64,000 bases of DNA from Octopus sinensis (Eukaryota). The stretch is taken from NCBI RefSeq assembly GCF_006345805.1, contig NC_043020.1, positions 15,190,001 to 15,254,000 of the forward strand, read 5' to 3'. The position numbers were made by a program, and so were the translations under genes. Each line of letters starts with the position of its first letter. The stretch's first letter is position 1. Below are positions 1-12,100 of this stretch, piece after piece. The notes below the pieces were generated by a model. That model was not told where the DNA came from. It made no database searches and was given only the letters and a program-made list of their open reading frames with translations.

Positions 1-280
1 TGGACGGTTCAACTGGGGTCTGTGAAGCCGGAAGGCTTCATCAGGCCCAGTCAGATCTGGCAGTGTTTCTACGGCTGGATGCCCTTCCTAACGCCAACCA
101 CTCCGTGAATGTAGTGGGTGCTTTTTACGTGCCACCCTCACAGGTGCCAGACAGAGCTGGCAAACGGCCACGAACGGATGGTGCTTTTACGTGCCACTGG
201 CACGGGGGCCAGGCGAGGCTGGCAATGGACACGAACGGATGGTGCTTTTATGTGCCACCGGCACGGGGGCCAGGCGAGGC
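1..280 (-). mobile_element. RTE 3'-UTR-type repeat (GGCATCCAGCYGTAGAAA core, (ATG)n tail family)
   Basis: Family recurs at about 6605-6970(-), 14213-14600(-), 16630-16800(-), 19005-19262(-), 31620-32065(+), 40855-41260(-), 41295-41660(+), 41950-42365, 62925-63220(-), 63655-64000(-). At 43757-44500 and 35156-35611 it is continuous with the RTE ORF end. Confidence 0.85.
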
Positions 281-1729
281 TGAACCTTGGTGGACCCCAA
301 CCTCTACCCTGAATTCTTCACTGTACTCGATGCTAACTCTCACCTTACTAGCAGCGTCTCTGTACATGGCTTGTACAGCTCTCACTAACCATTCATCTAT
401 CCCTAGTTTCCTCATTGACCACCAGATAAGGGATCGGGGGACCCTGTCGAAGGCTTTCTCCATATCAACAAAAGCCAGGTATAGGGGCTTGTCTTTGGCT
501 AGGTATTTCTCCTGCAGCTGTCTTACCAGGAAAATAGCATCAGTAGTACTTTTCCCTGGCACGAACCCAAACTGCATCTGATCTAGGCTAACTCTCTCTC
601 TAATTAGTTGGGCTATAACCCTCTCCGTAACCTTCATTACCTGATCCAGCAGCTTGATACCCCTGTAGTTATTTGTATCTAGGGCGTCACCTTTACCTTT
701 GTAGCAGTTGACTATTATGCTGTTACACCAGTCATTGGGTATGACTCCTTCGTGTATCACCTGGTTAACTATACGGGTGACTAGGCTATAGCCGACACTA
801 CCAGATATTTTGAGCATCTCTGCAGTAATTCCTGATGGGCTTGGGGCTTTCCCTGTTTTCATGCTTGTAATTGCCTTAACTACTAAGGAACTGTCAACTC
901 GGATTGCTGGTCCCTCTGTTGGGTCAACATTCGGCAGACTCTCTTTATCCCATTCATTTTCCTCATTCAGCAACCTTTCATAGTGGCGTCTCCAAACCTC
1001 TCTCTTTGCATCCTCATTTAGCGCATGTGAGCCGTCATCCGTGCAAACACATTTTTCTCCTACCACGTCACGATTCTCTCTCACACACTATCTTGCTATA
1101 CGAAATACCTCAAGTCTTTCATCCTCACGGCGCAGGACATTGGCAAATTTTTTCTTATCTGCTTCCCCTCTGGCTAAATACACCTGCCTCCTAGCTTCCC
1201 TTCTTGCAGTCTGATACACTTCCCTGCTACCACCGTTCTTCCAGTCCTTCCAAGCCTGTTTCTTTTGTCTAATAGCCCTGTCAACAGTGTTGTTCCACCA
1301 CCACGTTATTTTGGGTCTTGTGGGGACTTTGCACCAGCCACAGATCTGGTCAGTGACTTTCAGCAGGTTGTCCCTTAGAAGCGCCCAGTTATCTTCTACC
1401 CCATGTGTAGCTATACCCACTTCTATTTCGTCGAAGGCTTCAAGTAACATGTCTCTAAATCTCTGTCCATTTGCAGGGTCTTTAAGCTTCCAGACCCTTC
1501 TTTTCCATGTTGGTCGTCTTCTAGTCGTCCTCTTAGTCCTGATCCTAAAGTCACTGACTACCAGTCTATGTTGTGGGGTACATTCTTCGCCTGGGAAGGT
1601 TTTGGCATTTATAAGCAGCCATCTTTCCCTTTTTCTGGCAAGGATGTAGTCGATTTGGCTAGTATGCTGGCCCGAACGGTAGGTGACCAAGTGGCTTGTC
1701 GGTTTCCTGAAGTTAGTGTTACCAATTAG

Positions 1730-1732
<3 letters not shown>
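281..1732 (-). mobile_element. RTE-clade LINE fragment (APE end, linker, N-half of RT)
   Basis: GNTNFRKPTSHLVTYRSG..SQIDYIL (APE), KGKGDA..NYRGIKLL, QFGFVPGKSTTDAIF, AFVDMEKAFDRVPR, GVHQGS. One in-frame TAG at 1088-1090; 5' side ends at (TA)n. Confidence 0.93.
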
Positions 1733-1779
<47 letters not shown>

Positions 1780-2262
1780 GTAAAAAGTGAAAAAACTATC
1801 TATATTAACTATCTTTCTTATCTATATATATATATATAGATAGATAGATGTAGATATATGGGTTTCTTTCAGTTTCCATCTACCAAATCCACTCACAAGG
1901 CTTTGGTTAACTTGAGGTTATAATAGAAGACACTTGCCCAAGGTGCCATGCAGTAGGCCTGAACCCAGAACCATGTGGTTGGGAAGCAAGCTTCTTACCA
2001 CACAGCCATAGCTAACATTTTTTGAAATTCTCTCATCAATGAATTGGATCAGTTTTGTAAATGTTTTTGAAAAATAATTGATGAGGACAACAATTAATTG
2101 TATAAAAATGCAAAACAAATGTAACAGGTGTACCATTACTTATTACTAATTAAACAGCTTTCATAGTTTGAATGAAACATCAACTATATATATATATTAT
2201 GTTAGTATACTGCTAAGGTGTGTTTACACTCACAGTCAATCAATATATGACCTTTGTTGAAA

Positions 2263-2846
2263 GATGGTGAGCTGGTAGAAACATTAGCACGCAGGGCGAA
2301 ATGCTTAGCGGTATTTCATCTGCTGCTACGTTCTGAGTTCAAATTCTGCCGAGGTCGACTTTGCCTTTCATCCTTTCGGGGTCGATATATTAAGTACCAG
2401 TTATGCACTGGGGTCGATATAATCAACTTAATTCGTTTGTATGTCCATGTTTGTCCTCTCTGTGTTTAGCCCCTTGTGGGTAGTAAAGAAATAGGTATTT
2501 CATCTGTCTTTACGTTCTGAGTTCAAATTCCGCCGAGGTCGACTTTGCCTTTCATCCTTTCAGGGTCGATTAACTAAAAACCAGTTACGCACTGGGGTTG
2601 ATATAATCGACTCAATCCGTTTGTATGTCCTTGTTTTTCCTCTCTGTGTTTAGCCCCTTGTGGATAGTAAAGAAATAGGTATTTCATCCGTCTTTACGTT
2701 CTGAGTTCAAATTCCGCTGAGGTTGACTTTGCCTTTCATCCTTTCGGGGTTGATATATTAAGTACCAGTTGCATACTGGGGTTGATCTAATCAACTGGCC
2801 CCCTCCCCTAAAATTTTGGGCCTTGTGCCTAGAGTAGAAAAGAATA
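2263..2846 (+). mobile_element. SINE family 2 tandem array (three bodies, last with a different 3' tail)
   Basis: GGTATTTC body starts at 2310, 2494, 2678 (184-bp period); third unit ends ...GGCCTTGTGCCTAGAGTAGAAAAGAATA. Confidence 0.88.
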
Positions 2847-4100
2847 TATACGACCTTTGTTTAATAGCATAAGTTTCAAGTTTATCTTATCATGATAATG
2901 TTCAGCATTACCATGACATGGCATTACAGGAAACTGATATTTACTTTTCAAGAATAATGTCAAGTGTATCTTGATAACATTCTAAATGAATGCAAATACA
3001 TACTGGCACTCAGTCGGTTATAACCAAGGTTCCAGTTGATCCAATAAATGGAACAGCTTGCTCATGAAATTAACGTGCAAGTGGCTGAGCACTCCACAGA
3101 CTTGCTTACCCTTAACATATTGTAAAAACCCTTGTAATTTACACCCTTTTTTCGCAAAGATAAAAATAAACTTTAGGGGTGCATAAATTACATGAGTAGA
3201 TCATTTCCAGAATTTTTTTTTGGTTGGAAAATGATGTACAGGAAGTTGACTCATTGAATGTCAGAATAGGTTTTTGCAGAAAAAATATAAGGAAGTTGAC
3301 TTTTATTTATGCTGGATGGTATAATGCTTACTTTTTCTGTATAAATTTACTAAAACCATTAAATGGTTAACTAAATTTTGAAGTTTGATGTTCATGCTGG
3401 TAATCACTGTCCGGGCCATATTTTACATTGCTTGGAGTTTCTACCTATTGCAATGGAGCCCAGCAATTCCCTTAAATAGATCAGTTTTTCTCTGCCTAAG
3501 AAGTCTAGCTTGCGTTTGCCTCCAGGAAGCTATTGCTCGCTTTCTCCCGGTTAAGTCAATGAAATTCATCACTCCTGACATCGCTGCTCCCAGCTCTTAC
3601 TGCATCTAATGTCGACGACAACATCATAATTCATCCTTGTGCATGTAAACTCACTAAGTGAATATGACTTAGCGTTCCTGCAGAAACCTTCATTTACCTT
3701 AAATGGTGTTTAATGTCATTTCACATTCAGGTTGAATTATGCAGCAATCTTATGTTCTCTTCACAGAACACTTGTAATGTATGTATTACCAGTTCTTTTG
3801 GTACAATAGATTTTTGCTATTCTTGTTTATGTCTACTCACAGACGTGTAAATTCTAACAAGTCGCTTCTTATATTTTGCACCTCTCTTGTTTGATAAACA
3901 TTGAGCTAAACTTCCAAAGGTATTTATTTTCTCCTTTCGATTTTTAATGTTTATTTTAGCAGTTTACCAAACTATCAGTTTGGTCTCCTGGCTAATGACA
4001 ATTTACAATTGTGTAAGGGATTAAAATTTTGATGCTCCGTATCAAAGGTTCCGACAAGAATAGGCAGAAAATTAGAGCTTGAGACAAGAAGACACTTTCG

Positions 4101-4180
4101 ACCAATCAGAATTCGATTTACATAACCAGTTTGATCGGCCGCCTTCCTCTGTCGGTTGAGTAAAGTGTCATCCAAGCTGA
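4101..4180 (+). promoter_or_regulatory. Possible promoter region of the PGAP6-like gene
   Basis: CCAAT box at 4102-4106 in a locally CpG-retaining, repeat-free stretch just upstream of the tentative first exon. Confidence 0.2.
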
Positions 4181-4250
4181 TGTTTATTTGTAGTTAAACT
4201 TATTTTGCAACACTTGTGCATATTTATCAGCTTTGTTTTTGTTGATAAGA

Positions 4251-4299
4251 ATGATCAACAACTTTTCCTGTGATTGTGATTATGAGAAGACATACAGAA
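4251..4299 (+). CDS. Tentative first coding exon of the PGAP6/TMEM8-like gene
   Basis: ATG at 4251 reads MINNFSCDCDYEKTYR+A and ends at a GTATGT donor (4300). This phase-1 donor is the phase exon 2 requires. The same frame upstream is hydrophobic (LNLFCNTCAYLSALFLLIR) but is closed by TAG at 4191. Confidence 0.35.
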
Positions 4300-5099
4300 G
4301 TATGTTGTTAAAGATTGGACATAATCTCTTGTGGGCAAGAAATGTAAAACAAAGTTTATTATAAACAACACAAACACTTCATAATTTAATAGCTTTTAAT
4401 GTGATACTAGTTAAACAGAAATTATTTTTATTCAATGAAAATTTAATAAAATCAATTCATAAGTGAAATTATGCTAAATACAACTGAACTTGAAGATCTT
4501 TTTCCCCTGGCCATATTGCCAATTCTGAAAACTTTTGGGTGTGAATTTTACACAAGTAGAATTTAACAAATTTTATCCTGGAAATCACCTGTGTAAATTA
4601 CATAGTTGCACTAATTACATGCGTTTTATGGTAATTCTCCGAATGGGAAGACAAAACATGTTATTGAGCAAATGGAGTTTATACCTACCCCTTTCCTGCA
4701 TATTAAGCAAGGTAATTTCCCTGAAGTTACTAGGGTCTTACTTCTTTCCTACTTATTAAAACCTCAGTCTTTGTTAAATTCATCTTGAGGATTTTTGATT
4801 CTAGTTTTAGCTTGCATGGTTGGATTTTTTCTTCTAATCCCTTTATAGATTCAGCTATGAGAACTAGGTTATCAGTTTATAGCTTTTCCCTTTCCCATGG
4901 AGAACCAGTCTTAATCTGTTCATTAATTGCCTGTGAGGTTATGACAAATAAGAGAGGACTGGGAACTGAACTCTAATGAACTAGCTTCACACTAAATTTA
5001 TCACCGAAATCGTTGTTGAGTCTCACTTTACTCACTGCATCTTTGTTTATTCAGTGACCACCAAATTACTGAATGGTATCCTGTTAAACACCATCTCCA

Positions 5100-5350
5100 A
5101 ATCAAAAGCCAAGAATAGTGACTTATTCTTAGGCAAGTATTTCTTCTGCAGTTGCTTCACTGGGAAGATTGCATCTGTGGTTCCTACCTCTTCTTGATAC
5201 AAAGCCAAACTACATCCCATCTAGGTTTACTCTGTCACAGATCAGTTGTTCTATGACATTCTCTCTGTGACTTTCATAACCCAATCCAGTGGCTTGATTC
5301 CTTTGTAGTCGGTTCTTTTGAAGGCATCTTCTTTGCCTTTGTAGCAGTTT
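5100..5350 (-). mobile_element. Decayed RTE RT fragment
   Basis: CYKGKEDAFKRTDYKGIKPLDWVMKVTER ... TTDAIF remnants, homologous to the 281-1732 copy. Confidence 0.65.
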
Positions 5351-5871
5351 TTTAATCTTTGTAGGGTTTTTTAATCGAAGAAATCAACCCCAGGATTGCT
5401 GGCCACAACTTCATAATTTCTGTTGCAGCTGTTCATGTCACATCTTACAGCTTCTACAATGTTCATAGAGCATTTAGCAGCAATATACACATATTTGGAA
5501 GTATGTAAAAATACTACCAATAGTACTAGGTAATTCTGAAGGTGGGCAACCTTTATACTGTACTCTACCATGTATTCGTTCTGTCGGTCTCTTTTGCCGA
5601 ACTGCTAAGTTACTTGGATGTAAACACACCAACATCTGTTGTCAAGCAATGGCAGGGAGACAAACACAAAGATACACACCATAAAAATATATTAGCCATT
5701 ACACACATTTTTTTTTTCTCCTTGTTTCTTCTGTGTCCCTTTCTGTAGAAGAGCATAGGCTCAAAACGTAAAAGACTTTTTTTATTCCTGAGTGTTATAC
5801 TAATACACCTGTTTGTTTTGTACACCACCTCTCTTCATCTTTTGTTCTTTTTGTAAACTCTCCCTATATAT

Positions 5872-6237
5872 ATATTGTTATATTTCGGAATGGTCATATT
5901 GCCAGTTTAGCCAATAAAAACACACGCACTATATATTTGGTGTTATTTTGCTTCAGTGATATTTATTTTTTACATTAATCTTAATCTTATTTCGGCCAGA
6001 GTTCTTTCGTCACACTCCTGTGACTGCATCAGTGGTCCTTTGTTTTCTTCTTTCTTATTTGTGTCTCTCCTTAGTAACCGTCAGCCATACAAAATGTGAC
6101 GAAAGAACTCTGGCCGAAATAAGATTAAGATTAATGTAAAAAATAAATAACACTGAAGCAAAATAACACCAAATATATAGTGCGTGTGTTTTTATTGGCT
6201 AAACTGGCAATATGACCATTCCGAAATATAACAATAT
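5872..6237. repeat. Foldback: 143-bp inverted arms (5872-6014 / 6095-6237), 80-nt spacer
   Basis: Arms are reverse complements with one mismatch seen; degenerate hammerhead at 5993-6038 (-). Confidence 0.92.
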
Positions 6238-7638
6238 CTGTTTCAACACACGACTTCACATAAAAAATCTTGCACAACAAATATTTAAATGTATATATAT
6301 ATATACCATTTAACAATCAGGGTTAGTTGAGATTCTTTATTTACATTTTGGTCTTTCCTTCTTTATATCCCTTCTTTGCACTTTCCACCTGCTCACTTTC
6401 TATCTCACAGTAATATAATGACTGGCACTCCATCGGTTAGGACGACGAGGGTTCCAGTTGATCTGATCAACTGAACAACCTGCTTGTGAAATTAATGTGA
6501 AAGTGGTTGAGTACTCCACAGACAGGCATACCTTTAACCTAGATCTAATGGAGATTCAGCTTGACATAGAATGTGATGAGGCTAGCCCTTTGAACTACAG
6601 GTACATCATCATCATCGTTTAGCATCCACTTTCCATGCTAGCATGGGTTGGACGATTCAACTGGGGTCTGGGAAGCCAGAAGGCTGCACCAGGCCCAGTC
6701 TGATCTGGCAATGTTTCTACAGCTGGATGCCCTTCCTAACGCCAACCACTCCGTGAGTTTAGTGGGTGCTTTTTACGTGCCACCGGCACAGGTGCCAGAC
6801 AAGGCTGGCAAATGGCCACGATCAGATGGTGCTTTTTACGTGCCACCAGTACGAGGCCAGTTGGGGTGGCGCTGGCAACGGCCACGTTTGGATGGTTCTC
6901 TTACATACCACCGGCACTGGTATCACAGCTGCAATTTCCATTGATGTTGATCGATTTCGATTTCGATTTTGGATTTTCACTTGCCAACTTGTACAACTCT
7001 TATTTTTGTCAGCTGAGTGGACTGAAGCAACGTGAAATGAAGTGTCTTGCTCAAGGACACAACATGCTGCTGGGACTCGAACTCATGACCTCATGATTGC
7101 AGGTTGAATACCCTAACCACAAGGTTACACACTTTCACGTAATATAATACGACCAAGAAAAATAAAAAGAAGCATCATTATAAAATGTGACATCAGTGAC
7201 ACCACCTGTGGAATAGCAATTGTGTAAACTTATGCTTTGGATAATAAAATCTCATTTAAAACATAAGAATAACCTGTGCATACCACAGGGAAAAAAGGAG
7301 GTTTCTTGTTTCAGTGTTATGATTTATCTATATCTCAAATACATCAAATAGTATTGAATAGGGAATATTGCTCTAAAGTAGATGTTAACAGCTGGTGCAT
7401 GGATGTACACCTTTTAAACTAGATTAACAGCTGGTGAATAAACACACACACACACACACACACACATGCTCTTTCTGTCTCGACAGAGAAACACAGCAAT
7501 ACAATGTGGCCATCTGTGACTAATTTGTGTGATTAATGCTTAGCCTTACATCATCTTGGACACATTTTATCCACAAATAAAAAAGACATAAATTACAAAA
7601 AGCTCTTAAACGAATCAGGTGAGCATCCAGCCTTTTGG

Positions 7639-7671
<33 letters not shown>

Positions 7672-7848
7672 TAATAATATTAATTTTTTTTTTTTTTAGA
7701 CATTCATTAGTACAACACCAAACCCCCCCCCCAAATATATGGCACACTAGGCATAACAACAACATGAACTTCCAACCTGTTGTCTCTTGAGGTCTCTGGG
7801 TGAGACTTGGAGCCAACTTGTACAAATATAAAGCAAAAGTCAAACATA

Positions 7849-7880
<32 letters not shown>

Positions 7881-8256
7881 TTAATTTTTTTTTTTTTTAG
7901 ACATTCATTAGTACAACACCAAACCCCCCCCCCAAATATATGGCACACTAGGCATAACAACAACATGAACTTCCAACCTGTTGTCTCTTGAGGTCTCTGG
8001 GTGAGACTTGGAGCCAACTTGTACAAATATAAAGCAAAAGTCAAACATAGAATAATAATAATAATAATAATAATATATAATAATATTAATTTTTTTTTTT
8101 TTTTTAGACATTCATTAGTACAACACCAACCCCCCCCCCCCAAATATATGGCACACTAGGCATAACAACAACATGAACTTCCAACCTGTTGTCTCTTGAG
8201 GTCTCTGGGTGAGACTTGGAGCCAACTTGTACAAATATAAAGCAAAAGTCAACATA

Positions 8257-8316
<60 letters not shown>
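7639..8316. repeat. Tandem triplication of a ~200-bp unit delimited by four (AAT)n tracts
   Basis: Three near-identical blocks TTAGACATTCATTAG...AGTCAAACATAG differing mainly in homopolymer and microsatellite lengths. Confidence 0.95.
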
Positions 8317-8849
8317 GGTTTCAAATTTTTGACTCTGAAAGGCTCAAAGGCAAAGTCAACCTTGGCACAATTTGAACACAGAATGTAAAGATGGATGAAA
8401 TGCTGCTAAGCATTTTACTGGGCAGGCTAATGATTCTGCCAGCATGCCACCTTATCATCATCATCATCATCATCATCCAGTGTTTTAAATCCAAGTTTTG
8501 TCTCTGTTAATGGGGGTGGCCAGATCTACCTCAATGCCATAGTAACTGCCCTCACACCATCTCACCAAGTTTTGGGTGTCCTCCTTTCTCAAGTCAACCC
8601 TCCCATGAGGTTCTTTTTTTTGTTTTTGAGCTGGATTTTCTATTGGGTGCATGCCCTTGCTTACCCTCAACCTCAGTTTCTAGACACGAGTGGTCCTGGG
8701 ACCAAGGACTCTACTACGATTTTTAAGAAATGTGGTGGAAAACTAGCTCAAGAAGGCAAGTACGCTACTCCCCAAGACCCCTTCGCCCCCCCCCCCCTAC
8801 CTAGCCCCCTTAGCACCTTAAATGATGATAATAATAATAGTAGTTTACT

Positions 8850-9300
8850 CTAAGTAGTCGTCCTTAGCTTCCACCATAGCCTGAGGATGGCTCCAGAACC
8901 TATCTCATGCATTCTTCCCTGTGTCCCTGGGAAGATCTTCAGGCACCTCTTTGATCTTGGTCACCAGCTTGACTTTGGTGTTGCAGACAGAACAGCTTGT
9001 GCATTTCTCAATTGCACCCCACACATAGTAATCCATGGGATTATAATCAAGCGAATTAGGAGGCCAGAAATTGGATCTGTGAAGTCATAGGAGTTCTCTA
9101 ACAACTACTTCTGACCCATTCTGGAGGTATGGAACCAAATCCTGCTGCTGCATATATGGCCTTCCTGCAGCAACCCTCTCTAGCCAGAGATTGATGACAA
9201 ACTCCAGCAGCTTCTGATGGCCATTTGGAATTGAACCTGAGGCATTCTTCAAAGATGTGGGATGAATTCTAGCATGCAGACGCAGTAAGAATGCCTGCTG
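8850..9300 (-). mobile_element. Tc1/mariner-superfamily transposase C-terminal remnant
   Basis: GRPYMQQQD ... FWPPNSLDYNPMDYYVWGAIE ... AMVEAKDDYLE*. Confidence 0.75.
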
Positions 9301-9627
9301 TGTCCGTTCTTGCTGGCCACGACTTCATAATTTCTGTTGCAGCTGTTCATGACACATCTTACAGCCGCTAAGTTGTTCATAGAACATTTAACAGCAATAT
9401 ACACAAATTTTCCTTTATTTATTTACTTATTGAGCGACATAACAAGCAAACTCTTTGAAAAATATAATAATAATAAAATAATAATAAGGAAATTATTGTA
9501 TACAGTGCTCAGGTGCACCACAACTTGTCAGAAAGTGCATATAAAGTACATGCAGTAATGTAGAAATGTCTGGAAAGTGAACAGTGTATGAGTCAGATAC
9601 ATGCTTGTGTGTGTATGGAGGAGAGAA

Positions 9628-9750
9628 AATCAAGTGTAGTGTTGGCGAATCAAGTGTAGTGTTGGCGAATCAAGTGTAGTGTTGGCGAATCAAGTGTAGT
9701 GTTGGCGAATCAAGTGTAGTGTTGGCGAATCAAGTGTAGTGTTGGCGAAT
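9628..9750. repeat. Perfect 20-bp tandem repeat x6 (AATCAAGTGTAGTGTTGGCG)
   Basis: Exact period of 20; lies within a CR1-like 3' UTR. Confidence 0.97.
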
Positions 9751-10201
9751 TATCCATGTGACATTGTAATTGTTTTTATAATTTGTTCTAGAACCTTCCA
9801 TGGAAATACTGTTCTCACTGGTTATATGATTCCACAACTCTTCAATTTGTAACAGTTTTGATAAGTGCCAGTGCACAAAGCTCTTGGCCCTCAGTTGCTT
9901 CTGTTAAATTTTAATAAAAGGAATATACATATATTTTGAGTTCTATTTTAACTGTTTGCATCACCAAACCTATGCATATGTATATATGTGTGCGTATATA
10001 CTCTTTTACTTGTTTCAGTCATTTGACTGCGGCCATGCTGGAGCACCACCTTTAGTCGAGCAAATCGACCCCGGGACTTATTCTTTGTAAGCCCAGTACT
10101 TATTCTATTGGTCTCTTTTGCCAAACCGCTAAGTGACGGGGACATAAACACACCAGCATCGGTTGTCAAGCAATGCTAGGGAGACAAACACAGTCACACA
10201 A

Positions 10202-10232
<31 letters not shown>

Positions 10233-10629
10233 CATATATACGACAGGCTTCTTTCAGTTTCCGTCTACCAAATCCACTCACAAGGCATTGGTCGGCCCGG
10301 GGCTATAGTAGAAGACACTTGCCCAAGATGCCACGCAGTGGGACTGAACCCGGAACCATGTGGTTGGTTAGCAAGCTACTTACCATACAGCCACTCCTGC
10401 GCCTATATATATATATATATATAAAATATTATTAGAGACAAAACCACTATTTTGCAAAACAAACAAGGAAAGACTTAATCAATACATAAAGTTAACCGAT
10501 ACCTGGGTAGCAAATTCACGTCAGAAAAACACGGTTGAAGCTACATGCCTAGGGCAGAGATCACGTGCTATCGTGTGGAAATTTGTGTGTTTTTTTTTCA
10601 TTCATTTATTTGTATATATATATATATAT

Positions 10630-11149
10630 ATATAATATTGAATAAGGGTAAAAATCAATTAAAACCAGTGGCCTATCATATTAAAAAAATCCGAAGATTA
10701 AAATATTTTACATACAAAATTTAAAGGACTGACCACTAAAAAGTGGACAGTCAATATGCTAGATATAGACGTCAAAATCGCTATTTTCCACGAAGGATTT
10801 GTTCTCAAGAAAAAACTCAGCAAAACCCAAAGTGTAAAAAATAAGCAAGACAAATGAAAATATACGAAATAAAAAACGATTACCTATGTACTAATTAGTT
10901 TCACTTGTTAATATTCACGTATATGTATACGCGAGCATCTGCAAGATCATCAGCATAGTTTGTCGTTTACAAATACAATTTCCAGAACTAGATATAGAAT
11001 GCTTGACCGAAATCCCGCAGTTGCAAGCACTAATATATGATTTATAAAACATGTGACATATTAATAAAAATATGTAAATATAAAACCACCCAGATTTCTG
11101 AGTACCTTATTTCTTCTAATATACAATACCTGTACATCACCTCCAAACC

Positions 11150-11155
<6 letters not shown>
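10630..11155 (-). mobile_element. Non-coding PLE-related element between (TA)n tracts
   Basis: Carries the hammerhead at 10884-10958 and is bounded by (TA)n on both sides. Its end (AAATATAAAACCACCCAGATTTCTGAGTACCTTATTTCTTCTAATATA) resembles 45970-46020. Confidence 0.55.
10884..10958 (-). ncRNA. Hammerhead ribozyme motif (type I, palindromic helix III)
   Basis: CTATG-CTGATGA-TCTTG...CAAGT-GAAAC-TAATTA-GTA-CATAG. Helix I CTATG/CATAG, palindromic ACTAATTAGT helix III, GUA cleavage triplet; non-canonical U.U at the base of helix II. Confidence 0.7.
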
Positions 11156-11227
<72 letters not shown>

Positions 11228-11925
11228 TGATGTACACTTGTGACTCAGGAAGATAATTACTGACCATTGCTTATGCAAAATATTGCCAATACCCGTGTCT
11301 GAGCTTATTACACCCATGGTTGGTTTCACCCAAGATTGCACCTGCAGCTTCCATTCCCACTGTGGTATCCTCCTACTCGACAGAGAACTGGAATGTTGCA
11401 TTGCTGGTGATTGCACAACTGAAAATTGTAGATCCAATATTTTTATTTCGCTAAATTGTTTCCCTTCCAATCACAGTAATATATTAACTGATTTTAAAAT
11501 TCCCCACCCCACACTCTCTCTACCTCTTCAACAAACTTTTTAACCATGTAATTCCTCTCTTCATGTCTTCAACATTTCTCTTATTTTCTCCACCTTTTTC
11601 TCCCCATCCTACAGCATGTCATTAACACTTCTCTTTCCCACTTTTCTCTCACTGTCTTTTTCTTCACCATCTTTGCCTTTCCTTCAACCAACCATGTGAT
11701 GCATCTAGCCTTAGTGTATTATTATACTCCTCTCTTCTTTTTTCTCTACTCACATTTCTCTCCTCTGACTCTCTCTCTCTCTCTCTGTCTCTCTCACTCC
11801 ACCTCTCTAACTAACTAAAGTATAATGGGCACACGAACAAAGAAATTATGATATAGATGTTATTGTTCCTGACAGTGTAATGTTGCTATACTAAATATTT
11901 TTTTTTCTAATATTTTATCTTTCAG

Positions 11926-12100
11926 AAGTCATATATCAAGATTACGTGTCATGGACCCCTCCATTACAAATTCGAGGTTACCGTTTATTCCCTGATTCAC
12001 AGCTGTTAGAATTCACTGTTCCAGAAGCATCCACACAGAGTATATGGAAGTTCCAAAGTTTCTCAGATAAAGCCAGTTGTGAAGTTAAGCAGGTTTACAT
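11926..12100 (+). CDS. PGAP6: PGAP6/TMEM8A-like protein, exon 2 (ectodomain)
   Basis: Pyrimidine tract-TTCAG acceptor and GTAAGT donor. Reads VIYQDYVSWTPPLQIRGYRLFPDSQLLEFTVPEASTQSIWKFQSFSDKASCEVKQVY. Starts phase 1, ends phase 2, which matches the next exon. Confidence 0.8.

Noticed and set aside
63-581. Recurrent MFLQLDALPNANHS... ORFs at many loci
   Set aside because: Antisense reading of the RTE 3'-UTR repeat; start and length vary between copies.
3385-3609. 74-aa hydrophobic ORF as a candidate signal-peptide exon
   Set aside because: No phase-compatible strong donor noticed and no family resemblance.
7520-8324. 207-aa repetitive ORF; also a superficial CRISPR-like repeat/spacer look
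   Set aside because: Product of the tandem triplication and (AAT)n tracts; the spacers are identical and there are no cas genes.
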